Below are positions 1-12,443 of a DNA stretch of 64,000 bases, one piece after another. This DNA is from Squalus acanthias. Taxonomy: Eukaryota. Positions within the stretch are counted from its first letter, which is position 1, and each line of letters opens with the position of its first letter. Made by a program: the position numbers and the translations under genes. The stretch is from NCBI GenBank assembly GCA_030390025.1, contig CM059425.1, positions 167,588,001 through 167,652,000 of the forward strand, written 5' to 3'. The notes beneath the pieces were generated by a model, which was not told where the DNA came from, did no database searches, and was given only the letters and a program-made list of their open reading frames with translations.

Positions 1-758
1 TTGTAGATGGTACACACTGCAGCCACGGTATGCTGGTGGTGGAGGGAGTGAATGTTTAAGGTGGTGGATGGGGTGCCAATCAAATGGGATGCTTTGTCCT
101 GGATGGTGTCGAGCTTCTTGAGTGTTGTTGCAGCTGCACTCATCCAGGCAAGTGGAGAGTATTCCATCACACTCCTGACTTGTGCCTTGTAGATGGTGGA
201 AAGGCTTTGGGGAGTCAGGAGGTGAGACACTTGCCACAGAATACCCAGCCTCTGACCTGCTCTTGTTGCCACAGTATTTATGTGGCTGCTCTGTTAAATT
301 TCTGGTCAATGGTGACCCCCAGGATGCTGATGGTGGGAGATTCAGCGATGGTAATGCCATTGAATGTCAAGGGGAGGTGGTTAGACTCTCGCTTGTTGGA
401 GATAGTCATTGCCTGGCACTTCTGTGGCGCGAATGTTACCTGCCACTTATCAGCCCAAGCCTGAACGTTGTCCAGGTCTTGTTGCATGCGGGCATGGACT
501 GCTTCATTATCTGAGGAGTTGTAAATGGTGCTGAACACTGTGCAGTCATCAGCGAACATCCCCATTTCTGACCTTATGTTGGAGGGAAGGTCATTGATGA
601 AGCAGCTGAAGATGGTTGGGCCTAGGACACTGCCCTGAGGAACTCCTGCAGCGATGTCCTGGGGCTCTGATGATTGACCTTCACAACCATCTTCCTATGT
701 GCTAGGTATGACTCCAGCCAGTGGAGAGTTTTTCCCCTGATTCCCATTGACTTCAGTT
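1..758 (-). mobile_element. LINE fragment (CR1/L2-group reverse transcriptase), decayed; runs off the window start
   Basis: Minus-strand ORF 278-565 contains the RT motif MFADDCT and QQDLDNVQAWADKWQVTFAPQKCQ; upstream sequence encodes GVPQGSVLGP. Confidence 0.85.
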
Positions 759-1332
759 GCTTTTACTCCTTCTCCTAGATGTAGTTAGACAGGCAGCTTA
801 TGAGTGAGGGCCTTGGAACTCTACCATAGAGACAATGGACTAGGAATTCGGTTGCGTAAGTGCCTGATTTTTCAGTGCTACAGGTGCCGTTTTGTGACGA
901 AAAAGGCGTCCGCCTTGTGCCGCACAATTCTGGTGCATGCCGCGCCGGACGCTATCTTGGTGAGGGTGGTAGGGCGGCCGTTAGGAGCGTGCGCCGAAAA
1001 TATGTTGAGTAGGCAGTTGTGACGTTAATCAGCATGCACCGCTTATTTGATGCCAGCGCTGCCATTTTTGTTATCAACGCTGCAGCTAACGCCCAGTCTT
1101 AACCTCACACAGCTGAACATGTATTCAGCAGCAGCAAGGAACCCCCACCAGCGATATTTAAAGGGATCAGCAACCACGCTAAGGTTAGTTGCTGATTGTT
1201 CTACTGGCTCTGTGTAAGTTTGTGGAATTGTTTGGAGCTTCCAGAGTTGTTTAAAGTTGGTGAGGTGACAGGAAGTGGTGCTGCAAGTGGAGAAGGCCTT
1301 GGTTCTGACTTCAAGGGTTCTGGTCAGCCCAC

Positions 1333-2270
1333 TTGCTCCTGGTTGCTCTAGTTGTCATCTCCCTCGGCCTGCAGCATGACAGGGAGATGAAGCAGAGGCA
1401 GCAAAGAAGAGGACAAGCTGCTCGCAGAGGGAAGAGGAGGAGGAGGGGAAGAAGGGCTCTCAGCAGGAGGTCTTACCCACCTAGGCTCTTCCGAGAGCAA
1501 TTCTTTTATCTCAGTCTGAGCCAGGAGCAGTGTGCGAGGCATCTGCGATTTACGAAGGGGGTGCTCCCAGAACATTGCCACCTCTTGCAACCAGACCTGC
1601 AGCCTCACACCAGGGCAAGGACAGCGCTGCCAGTGGCTGTGAAGATGGCCATGGCCCTGAATTTCCTCCAGTCAGGATCCTTCCAGGCTAGAGCAGGCAA
1701 CATCTGTAACATCTCACAGATCGCCATCCACTGCTGCATAAGCAAGGTGACAGATGCTCTTTATGCCAAGAGAGGGGACTTCATTGTCTTCTCTCTGGCA
1801 GCAGTCATGATGCTTTTATTCTGCGCCAGTCGCTGTTCCCTCAGTCTTTGAGCCACCACGACAAACCAGAGGGTGGCTACTGGGTAACAAGGGCTATCTG
1901 CTGACCACCTGGTTCATGACTCCACTGCGCAACCCACACACATGTGGGCAACATGCATATAACGAAAGCCATGCTGTTACATGGAATCTGGTAGAGCAGA
2001 GCATTGGCATCCATAAACAACGTTTCCCCTGCCTGGACCGCTCTAGAGGAGCCCTGCAGTACTCACCAGAGTGTGTCTCAAGATCCGTCATGGTCTGCTG
2101 CATGCTCCACAACCTCGTCATCATGAGGGCACAGCCCTTGCCACCAGGCGACCAGCTGAGGAGGAGGAGGAGGAATGGAAGAGGAGGAAGCGGAAGGGAG
2201 GAGGCAACCTAGACATTCCCTTTCTGCCCGAGCTGTCCGTGATCGACTCATCCGACTGTGGTACCAGTGA
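1333..2270 (+). pseudogene. Harbinger (HARBI1-like) DDE transposase, disrupted
   Basis: Motifs LRFTK, ALNFLQSGSFQ, WLLGNKGY, MTPLRNP, YNESHA, CCMLHNL; start codon region lost, and the segment carrying GxIDCTH is deleted near 1800. Confidence 0.9.
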
Positions 2271-2550
2271 ACGCAACCCCAATGCCTCATTCAACAATAG
2301 TCCCATACCTTATCTTCCCTCTGTTACTGACTATCACAGCGTCCTCTCGGCCACAATGCTGAAATAAAAGCCACCACAAAAGGAACATTGCAATCGAACC
2401 TGAGAGCGGACAGCAGGATTGACCTCCACGGAGCCACTGCCACTCCCCCAGGGCGATGCCTCAGCAATCCTAATAATCTGCTGGAGAACAGATTGCTGGA
2501 CTGCTATGACACCCTGCATCAATCCATCCAATATTACATAACAAAGTGAA

Positions 2551-3075
2551 CTAATCACCCTTGTGCTTTCCCTTAGTGCCTGTCTTCCGTGTGCCTTTGC
2601 CTGCTCCTACGAAGTGCTACCCCGTGGCTGTGGCATGGCTGGTGGAAGACTGCTGACTTTCAGTGGGGGAGACTGCAGATGGCCCGGCAGGATAACCTCA
2701 AGCAGCTCTGGGCCTAGAAGGACCGGCTGCGGACTGCACCACCTCGGCATGGGCGGCAGCAGTCTGGGCTGGCTGGCTGACAACAGCAAGGGCACTGGTG
2801 GAGTGGCAGTGGTGGGGGCATGAATGCTGTCATCCTGAGAGAGTACAGCAGGATCGACCTCCATGGAGCCACTGCCACTTCCCCAGGGCGGTGCCTCAGC
2901 AATCCTAGTAATCTGCTGGAGAACATATTGCTGGACTGGTATGACATCCTGCAAGCCCTTTTCCACACTGGTAAACGCAGCCACGATGGCAGCAGTCTGA
3001 GCTTGTGTGGCAGCAAGCTGAGCCTGCATGAGAGCAGTCTGAGCTTGCAGGACGGAAGTCCGAGCTTCCACTGCA
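2551..3075 (-). pseudogene. Harbinger Myb/SANT-partner gene, C-terminal part
   Basis: Homologous to 7605-8400 and 42230-42727 (QAQTAAIVA..., GSGSMExxPAVLSxDDSI, C-terminal HKGD*). Confidence 0.8.
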
Positions 3076-4546
3076 GGAAGAAGTTTAATGACCTCACACC
3101 ACTCATGTGAAGTTAGCATGCTGCCTTCATTACTTTGAACGGGCGTGGGGTGATTGCGCATCACGATCCCCACGCCCGTTTTCGGGGGCAAACAAATTTT
3201 TAGCCCAGTGAATCCCCAGAATGCTGAGCTAATGGCAATTAATGTAAACTCAGGGTAAGGGTCATGGAAGGTCTATGATATAATGGCCTGGAACTAAGGG
3301 TATAATAACTAGACCACTGTAAGGTGAAGTTAGGGAAGATCAAGAGTTTGCCACCCTGCTACTGAGCACAGTAACTATAATGTGAGGTTTTCCGTAGCCT
3401 TCCTGTAATAAATCTATAAGCAATAGACTCTGTATCTAGAACTCTCATTCCTGGCACAGAGACAACCAATCCAAGCTTGTCTCTCTACAATTTCTATGCA
3501 TTTAATGCCAGGAGCTTAGCTCCCAGTACATGACTCAAATCTCCAATGTCCAATCCACGCTCCTGTTAAACAAGAGTCCATGCCGGGAGCAAACTCTTAC
3601 ATAATTTACCCTTCTATGTGTATTTACAAGTGGTGATACAGATGCAAAGACTGCCACAGCTGTGGAGTGCATTATTGTCTGCAGAAGGCCATCAGGGTGA
3701 AGGTCATGGAAGGTCTATGATGTAATGGCCTCCAACTGAGGGTTTAATAACTGGACCATTGCAACGTGATGGCCACCTGAAGATGGCAGTAGATGTGAGA
3801 CACAATACTCTGGTGCATAATATGATATCAATGGAAGAGCTACTGATCCAACAAGATTTTAACTGCTGGGAAATTACAGAATCGTTTGATATTATAGCAC
3901 CTGTTTATTTTCACCAAAGGCCAACACTGACCTTCAGCAGTAACTGAGGAATAGCACAGTTACAATATCAGCAATAATTATTTCAGTGATATGCCACTCC
4001 TCATGGCTGTACTAATGTTGGACTCTTGTTGGAATCACCAGAATTATTATTTTCAAAGAGTGGAGAGATAAAATGGCTCTGATTTTCTCTGGTGGGTTTT
4101 CTGATGTCCTGCCGAAACTTCGGCAGAAGATTAGTGGAAGTTCCAGAGCAAAGGATTAGGGGGCTGAAAACAGCTTTTGACAATTTCTCTGGGAGTTCTG
4201 CTAATCTCCTGCAGACGTTAAGATGGACAAATCTCATGGAAATTCAGAGCCAGTATTTTGTCTATGTGAAGAGCTCGCCAATTTTCAGTCATTGGTGACA
4301 CCCTTCCCCGCCACACTACACCATATCACCCCCTACCTCCCACCCGAAAGGATAGAGAGAGAGAAGCATAAGAGGACATAGAGAAGAAAACAAAAGTTAA
4401 GGGTTGGAAAGCAGCAGGGAAGAGAAAGAGACTGGTTTTGAACTCCGAGGTCCCAAATTCCACTGGGATTCTATTGGTCTCCTACCATAACTCAGATGAG
4501 AGACTGGTGGAACCACCAGGAATGTTGTAATTTTCAGCCACCGGTC

Positions 4547-5572
4547 TACATAACATAAGAACATAAGAAATAGGAGCAGGAGTAGACCAATCGGCCCCTC
4601 GAGCCTGCTCCGCCATTCAATGAGATCATGGCTGATCTGATCCAACCTCAACTCTAAAGAACACAAGAAGCAGGAGCAGGACCAGGCCACTCGGTCCCTG
4701 GGCCCGCTCCGCCACCCACAGGGCCTTGACCGATCCGAACTCAAACTCATGTCCAATTTCCAGCCCGCTCCCCGTAACCCCTGATTCCCTTTACTTCTAG
4801 GAAACGGTCTATTTCTGTTTTAAATTTATTTAATGAAGTAGCTTCCACAGCTTCCTGGGGTAGCAAATTCCACAGACCCACTACCCTCTGAGTGAAAAAG
4901 TTTCTCCTCATCTCAGTTATGAAAGAGGAGCCCCTTATTCTAAGATTATGTCCCCTAGTTCTAGTTTCACCCATCATTGGGAACATCCTCACCGCGTCCA
5001 CCCGATCAAGCCCCTTCACAATCTTATATGTTTCAATAAGATCGCCTCTCATTCTTCTGAACTCCAATGAGTAGAGTCCCAATCTACTCAACCTCTCCTC
5101 GTATGTCCACCCCCTCATCCCCGGAATTAACCGAGTGAACCTTTTTTGTACTGCCTCGAGAGCAAGTATGTCTTTTCTTAAGTATGGACACAAAAACTGT
5201 ATGCAGTACTCCAGGTGCGGTCTCACCAATACCCTATACAACTGCAGCAATACCTCCCTGTTTTTATATTCTATCCCCCTAGCAATAAAAGCCAACATTC
5301 CATTGGCTTTCTTGATCACCTGCTGCACCTGCATACTAACTTTTTGATTTTCTTGCACCAAGACCCCCAGATCCCTTTGTACTGCAGTACTTTCCAGTTT
5401 CTCGCCAATAAGATAATAACTTGCTCTCTGATTTTTCCTGCCAAAGTGCATAACCTCACATTTTCCAATATTGTATTGCATCTGCCAAATCTCTGCCCAC
5501 TCACCCAGCCTGTCTATATCCCCTTGTAGGTTTTTTATGTCCTCCTCACTCTCTACTTTCCCTCCCATCTTT
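4547..5572 (-). mobile_element. 5'-truncated CR1 LINE (HER1-like), RT C-terminus and 3'UTR
   Basis: ORF 4747-5613 has LVRPHLEYC and RRMRGDLIETYKI; (TTCTTATG)n-type tail; near-identical to the 3' end of the 52001-57260 copy. Confidence 0.95.
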
Positions 5573-6272
5573 GGATGACAGGTGGAACCCCCACGGAACT
5601 TCAGGGCCAGCATGTCTTATTCAACAATCAATCTTGCTCATAAGCGCATTCAGAGAAAACAAGCTGGAGCACCTGCCAATCTTTCACATTGCAATATTAT
5701 ATCATTGAAGCATTGCTGTATTTCATCACAAAATCTTATAGTTCCACAAAATAAGCTTTATTTCTTCATTGACTAAACTGTTTTTTGTAAATGTAGTGTA
5801 CCTACCAATAGTGTTTAAAGAGGGAGGAATAACATCAAGATAGCTTCTCCAGAAGATTAAGGGGGAGAAATTGGGTATCTTTGCACCTCGGGGGGGGTGC
5901 TAACAGGTCACTACTGGCTTAGCGGCCAGGCGCAGTGATGGTACCGGCGCCCGCAAAATTGAAGTGGAGGTTTGCGGTGGTGGTAACCACTAACATCATG
6001 CTCTCCTGCGGCCAGAGATAGTGACGTCATCCGGCTGCGCAGCACCTCGGCTCAGAAATTCACTCTCACCCCGTGCCTGAGCGCCTGCCATTTGCAACGA
6101 CAGGTAGAGGAGGCGGTATATAGTCAGATGAGTGCTGGAGGAATGCTATATAAAGGCGTCAACATCCGGTTTATTTTTAGTCGGCAAAGAATGCTGCCTT
6201 GTCAGTTTGACACAGGCAAACAGGCGCTTTGAGCGACTTCAGCGTTTGAAAGTGCAATATTTCCATACTTTA

Positions 6273-7439
6273 ATGGGGGCTGTACTGGTACTGGACCTCG
6301 CTTTCCAGCGTCAGCGTCAGAGGCAGCGGAGGCAGCGAGAAAGATTGCAAAATGTGGACAGAGGGAGGAGGGCCAACAGTGTTCTCAAAAGGAGGCCTTA
6401 CCCTCGCAGTGTAATCCGGTCGCATTTCTGCAACATAAATTTCACTGAGGAACAGTGTCTTAGAAGGCTCCGCTTCACCAAGGAGGTGGTCACAGAGCTC
6501 TGCCACCTCCTGTAGCCAGACCTCGAGCCTCACATCAGAAGCACCACGGCTCTCTCAGTGGCAGTCAACGTCACCGTCGCCCTCAATTTCTATGCCAGTG
6601 GATCCTTCCAGTGTGCAACAGGAGATGTAGTGAACATCTCGCAGTCCATCGCTGCATCCGGGGGGGTCACAGATGCTCTCTACAGAAGGAGAAGGGACTA
6701 CATTTCCTTCCCCATGACCAGAGAGAAGCAGCGCGAGCGTGCATGTGGCTTTGCCAGGATAGTGGGCTTCCCCATGGTGCAGGGCACCATTGACTGCACC
6801 CACGTCGCTTTGCGGGCACCCCGTAACATTCCTGAGGTATTCCCTAATGGCAAAGGCTACCACTCACTTAATGTGTTGTTGGTGTGCAACCACACACAGC
6901 GAATCCTCACAGTCAATGCCCGCTATTCTGGCAGCAGCCACGATGCCTTCATCCTGCGCCAGACCAGTGTGCCAGCTCTGTTACAGCCACCACATCAAGC
7001 TGTCGGCTGGCTGCTGGGAGACAAGGGCTATCCGCTCTCCACCTGGCTCATGACTCCCCTCCGCAACCCCAACACTCGTGCCCAGCACTCATACAATGAG
7101 AGCTATGCTGCCACCAGGAACATCATTGAGCAGATCATCGGAGTGCTCAAGCAACGGTTCTGCTGCCTTGACCGCTCGGGAGGAGCCCTCCAGTACTCGG
7201 CTGAGCAGGTGCCCCTTTTTGTCTTCATTTGCTGCATACTGCACAACTTGGCCATCATGAGGATGCAGCCATAGCCAACAGGCATAGCTGCACCACCTCA
7301 GGAGGCGGTAGAGGGAGACGAGGAGGACGAGGAGGAGGAGGAACAGGAGCACGAACAGTAGCGATGGAGGAGGCCGCCACTCAATCAGCCTTGTGGAAGG
7401 GCGGTCCATGATCGCCTCATCAGACTTCGGTTCCAATAA
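6273..7439 (+). pseudogene. Harbinger (HARBI1-like) DDE transposase with premature stops
   Basis: ATG at 6273, Arg-rich N-terminus, catalytic motifs GTIDCTHV, LLGDKGY and IIEQIIGVLKQRF; in-frame TAGs at 6513 and 7272; acidic C-terminal tail. Confidence 0.93.
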
Positions 7440-7604
7440 ATTCGAGGCCACTTCCCGGTTGCTCAGCACGTCCCCATCATTCCATCAATTTCTCATTCCA
7501 TACCACACCCCAAAGCTGAAATGAGACACAACCCCAAATCTGCAACATTCCAATAATAAATTTATCCAAATTCAGCAACCACATAGAAACAGCAACAATG
7601 TTAA

Positions 7605-9719
7605 CTAATCACCCTTGTGCAAACCCTTACTTCCCCTCTTTACAGTGCCTTTCTCTAATCTACTGCTCCTACATAGTGTCTCCCCAGTGGCTGCAGCAGG
7701 GCTGGTAGAAACATAGAAACATAGAAAAATAGGAGCAGGAGTAGGCCATTCGGCCCTTTGAGCCTGCTCCGCCATTCAATATGATCATGGCTGATCCTCG
7801 ATCTCAATACCATATTCCCCCTCTCTCCCCATACCCCTTGATGCCTTTTGTGTCTAGAAATCTATCTATCTCCTTCTTAAATAGGAGAAGAGGAGGAGGA
7901 TCAAAGCACCGCGTCACTGCATCTCTCACTCAGAAGACTCTGCCACCGAGTGTCGGTGCCAGAGACTACAGATGGCCTTGCAGGATGCCCTCGATCAGCT
8001 CTGGACCAGGAAGGCCCGGCTGTATACTGCGCCACCTCAGGATGGGCAGTGGCAGTCTGGGCTGGCTGGATGACAGGCAGCGACAAGTGCAATGGTGGAG
8101 TGGCAGTGGTGGGATCAGGAATGCTGTCATCCCGAGAGAGGACAGCAGGTTCCTGCTCCACTGACCCACTGCCACTCCTCCGGGGCAGCACCTCAGCATC
8201 CCTACCAATCTGCTGGAGCACTGATTGGTGGCCTGCTGTGACACCGTGCGATCCCCAGTGGACTGTGGTGGACCCAGCGACGATGGCAGCAGTCAGAGCT
8301 TACTTGTCATTAAGCTGAGACTACATGATAGCAGTCTGAGATTCGATGCCACCAACCATTGACTGCATGACAGCACTAAGACGTTGCGTCGCTTCTGCCT
8401 GTGCTGCAATGGAAACTGCCACATCGCCCATGACACGTATCATGAGGTCTGGATCTGCTCGGTCTCTCTGGGAGTCCACCATCCTCTGCACAGTGGAAAT
8501 GATGGGCTTCATGGTGTGCAAAGAGCTCTGTGCAATGTTGGAGGTGGACTCCTCCATGCTCCTGACCATTGTCGAGAGGCTCTCAGGCACCCTTGCCATT
8601 GCACCTATCATCTTGGAGTGCATGCCCATCACCCTTCTTGTGAACGCCTCCCCATCGAGGTCCTCATCTGAGTCCTGTGCAGCAGAACTCGTGCGCGAAC
8701 TCGCCCTCCATGGAGCTGGCATCTGAGCTATCCTTTCCCCTTGGCCTTGCTGCAGCCCACTCGTCCCCGGTGCATCACCCAGTGCAGACCCCTCTATTAA
8801 ACTTGCCTCTAAAGATTGCGTAGTGCCAGTATCTGAGGTGGTGCCTGTGGGTGAGAGTTGCAGTGACGCAGTGCTTTGCTCCTCCTCCTCTTCTCCCGCC
8901 TCACTCTCAGTGGGAGGTTCAGGGACAGGCTGGTCATCTGGTTGCTGATTCTCTGAAAGCATAAAGGCACAAGACTCGCGTTAAGGTGAGGGTAGGGGGC
9001 AGGAAGGGAGCAAGGAATGCAGACAGTATCAGGAGCTGGAAAGTGGGAAAGACTTGTGATGTGAGGGGGAAGTAGGATGAGAGAAGGAGAGGGGATGAAC
9101 AAGGGGGTTAACGTTGCCAAAGGCCAGGCCGCCCACCACCTGCTGCCCAATGAGTCGCACCACTCACTCCTCCAGGTTTGAAAGCTGCTGGAGATGTGCA
9201 TCATCCCTGCCTGTTCTCTGCTGCTCTCTCCTATTGTGAGCCATCTTGGCCTGCAAGAGAAATGAATGTGTGTGAGTCAGAGTCCAGCTATGTGTTTGGG
9301 AGATATGCCTGCCACAGTTGAATAGCTGTGATTGTAGGCAAGGTGTGAGATGTGGATGCGAGTTTGAGTAGGTGCAGATGCTTGGTGGGTGAGTGGTGGG
9401 GGTGTGGTGGTTTGTGCAGTGTGTACAGACAGAGGTTCAGATGCTGGTATGTAGGACCTGTTGAAGCATGTACTCACCTTGACCACCCGAGTGAGGTCGT
9501 TGAATTTCTTTCGGCACTGTGTCTGGCTATGTACGACCACACTACTGGCCGAGACCTCCTGGGCCACTTCCCTCCACATTGCCCTGAATACCTGGGGCAA
9601 TGGCTTCCTTTCAGTGTCTGGGAATAGCACTGCCCTCCTTCGCTCCACTCCCGCGACCAATGCCTCAATGCCTCATCTGTGAGATGACAAGCTCTCTCCC
9701 TGGGAGTGGGATCAGCCAT
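7605..9719 (-). pseudogene. Three-exon Myb/SANT-like (NAIF1/MSANTD-type) transposon partner gene
   Basis: Exon 1 9719-9478 (VERRRAVLF...WREVAQEV...QCRKKFNDLTRVVK, donor GTGAGT); exon 2 from 9250 (acceptor TTCTCTTGCAG; AKMAHNRREQQRTG); exon 3 from 8952 (acceptor TTTATGCTTTCAG) to HKGD*; carries a frameshift and stops. Confidence 0.85.
7706..7881 (-). mobile_element. Short CR1/HER1-type 3'-end fragment inserted in the Myb gene
   Basis: (TAGAAACA)n tail plus GGAGCAGGAGTAGGCCATTCGGCCC...GAGCCTGCTCCGCCATTCAAT, matching the CR1 3'UTRs in this window. Confidence 0.85.
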
Positions 9720-10334
9720 CACGATCAAGGGGTTGAGTTCCTTGCAGGTCACCTTCACAGCCAGCAATGCTAATAATGAGGATCGGCACAATGATGCAAC
9801 CTCCTCTTTAAGAGCTGGAAGGGGCCAGTGTGAAGGATCATTCCCGATTGCATAGCACCTGAAATTCATTATCGCTCTGCTGGTAGCGCCCCTGTAGCGC
9901 CCTGCTTAGGACATTAGTGCTTGATTTAGCCCTCCAGTTCTTTCCAGGAGCGCTAACAGACAATTTAGGGGAAGCTCAGACTCATTAGCGCCTAACGCAA
10001 ATTTTTCACGATTTCAAAAATTAGCGCCCCATACGGGGCGATACTGAATTTCTCCCCCTAGAAGCACTAACCATGAATTTGCAATTAATTGAGAATTTAA
10101 AAAAATCACAAAATAGTAACAAGATCTGCCAATAGAGAATCAGGCAGAGTTGTTAAATTAAATCAAATTTTGTATGCAATTTATTTGCATTTTCCTAGTG
10201 CTTTTATTATTACATTTTACTGGAATAACTGATCAAAGAGAAGTGGAGGACTTTAGCTCATACTGCAGTTATTTGATTTTCAATTTGAATTCATTACAGA
10301 GCTGAAATTTTTTCATGTGCAATGGAGACACTTT

Positions 10335-11087
10335 GGGGGTTATTTTGGCCAAAGGGTGAAAACAGGCACTAAATGTGCTAATAAGGAACGCCTCTTTGAA
10401 AGTGTGGATTTAACATGCAATCCTTGGGCTAATTGATTATCATGATTTAAACATGCCTGCAGGCGCTGAAACCAACAAGTGCAGGTTTAGCACTCAAACG
10501 CTGATTAGACGCAATTTTTCTGGAGCTGTATATGAAGTCTGCACTCACCCACTTCCACTGAAGATGTGGAGTGGGCTGGCTGACACAATGGCAGGTTTCA
10601 GGATGGCTCAGTGACCGAGTGAGAAGATGCACAGGTTCTCGGACCCGGCACTGGAGGTCCTGGTGGAGGAGGTCCAGAGGAGAGGGGATGTCCTGTACCT
10701 GCAGGGGGGAAGGAGTCCACCTCTCCCTCCTGTCCCTCTCTCCTGCAGCAGCTGGAACTGCTCTGCCTGGCCTCAAGTCCTCCTCCCAGTCCTTCTGCAG
10801 ACCAAAGGGGGTCCCTAGCAAGATGCCGATGACCAAGCACTCCCTTTCTTAAGGTGTCCAATAGGGTAGAGTGGCACAGCGCTCACTCTTTTTAGGTGAA
10901 GTCCTCAGAGAAATTCCAGAATAAGTGTGGGTGAAGTCTTGGCAAACTGTCCCAAAATGTCTTCCAATGTATTTCAAAAGTCATCTTCAAACCTCCAGCA
11001 GCAAGTGAACATTAAAACGGGTGATAACGGATCAACCACCTGTTATACATTCCGCCACCCGTTAATCAAACTGCCCAAATTTCCTTT
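10335..11087 (+). mobile_element. Non-autonomous Harbinger deletion derivative (family C)
   Basis: Starts GGGGGTTATTTTGGCC; carries the Myb 5' end (RFSDPALEVLVEEVQRRGDVLY); homologous in reverse to 39158-39798. Right end approximate. Confidence 0.7.
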
Positions 11088-11720
11088 CCATTGAAGTCAA
11101 AGCAGGACAATATTGGTCCAAAAAGATGCGCACAGAGTCAACTATCCAGATGCAAATTAAAGGCAGGATTCCATATAAATCGACTTGTTAATGGTGCTAA
11201 AACCAGAAGAGAACATGGCAAATTGAAATAGCAGGGACACTGTAAATGCAGACAGAAGTTTTTTTTTGCCAGTGTCAAGCTTAGGAACATAGGAATGTAT
11301 AAGACTGGAAAATACCATTGCAGTCCATCTTGCCAGTCCCAGTGTCTAGAAAACATAATTTTGTGCAATACCTCTCATACCCCGCTATCAAATTCTTCAC
11401 AAGGTACTTATCCAACTCTGTCTAGAATTTGTTGATACATATCCTGCAGAATTTATACAATGAGCAGCATTACTCATGTATGTTTGTATTTCGTGTAAAG
11501 GCATAGAACCCTCACAGTTTCTGGCATCAGAAACCAACAGGATCATGGTTACTTCCTCAGAACCATTCTGTTCCCAGTAAAGGATATGCAACGCCTGTGG
11601 TTACCCACCAAGATAGTTGCTGAGTAGTGCCATTCTCAAGGTACTTGAGGTGGGGAGGCAATCTACCATAAATACAGTTCTGTCTTTAGCTGTTAAAGTA
11701 ACTACAGCCCTAAATTCTTA

Positions 11721-12443
11721 GGGGGGAAAATTTGGTTGCTTTGCACCTCCCATTAGCACCCTAAGAGGGTGCTAACGGGGCGCAAAGCAACTAGTGCCTG
11801 GGCGCAGCGCTGCCAACACCACCCGCGAAATTCAGCGGGAGGTTAGCAGCGGCAGTAACCGTTAGTGCCCCGTGGCGCTGCGCCGCCGGCGATGACATCA
11901 TCACCGTGTGCAGCGCCCCGCTCGCGCCCCGGCCTGCGATCTTTGGTAGCGCCCCCTGACTTACCACTGGAGGCTATGTCCGACGGGGTCAGGAGGGCCT
12001 ACCTGCAGCCGGGGCCATGCTAATTAAAGGCGAGGTGCCGGGCGGCCATTTTTGCTGCTGGCTGCCTGCCAGCACCTGCCCCGGCCTCCTCTTCAGCACC
12101 CCCGCAGAGTGCCGGCTGCGCTCTGTGAGCCCGGCACTTCTCTTGAGTGCCGGGCTCTTTTGCCAGCACTCCGATCCCTGGTGGCCCAGCTGGGCCCCGG
12201 GTTGCCCTGCACAAGGCCCCTCCCCTTTAATAAGGGGAGGAAGGGCACTGCGGTACGTAGTGCCGCGATATTCCCTCGCAGCGCCCCAAGAGGGAGGCGG
12301 GGTGCTTCCAGTAGTGCCCCTCCTCCCTCTCGGGGTGCTACCTGGGAAAATCGGCTGCAGGGGTGCTAATTTTTTCAGGGCGCTAAAAGTAGCGCCCTGG
12401 CGAAGTTAGCGCCCCAAAGGGGGCGCGACTCAATTTTTCCCCC
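11721..12443. mobile_element. Harbinger-type MITE (family B)
   Basis: TIRs GGGGGGAAAATT / AATTTTTCCCCC, TTA TSD on both sides, many TAGCGCC motifs; homologous to 41066-41921. Confidence 0.9.

Larger units (their letters stand above)
837..3206 (+). mobile_element. PIF/Harbinger DNA transposon copy 1, internally deleted
   Basis: Imperfect TIRs GGACTAGGAATT / AATTTTTAGCCC; transposase remnant on + and Myb-gene remnant on -; upstream region resembles that of copy 3 (44030-44280). Confidence 0.75.
5861..10058 (+). mobile_element. Full-length PIF/Harbinger DNA transposon copy 2 (~4.2 kb), inactivated
   Basis: TIRs GGGGGAGAAATTGGGTATC / GATACTGAATTTCTCCCCC; TAA/TAG flanks (TWA-type 3-bp TSD); convergent transposase and Myb genes. 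Confidence 0.93.

Noticed and set aside
6273..7439. Domesticated host HARBI1 or NAIF1 genes
   Set aside because: Bounded by TIRs/TSD, present in several copies and carrying stops, so these are transposon copies.
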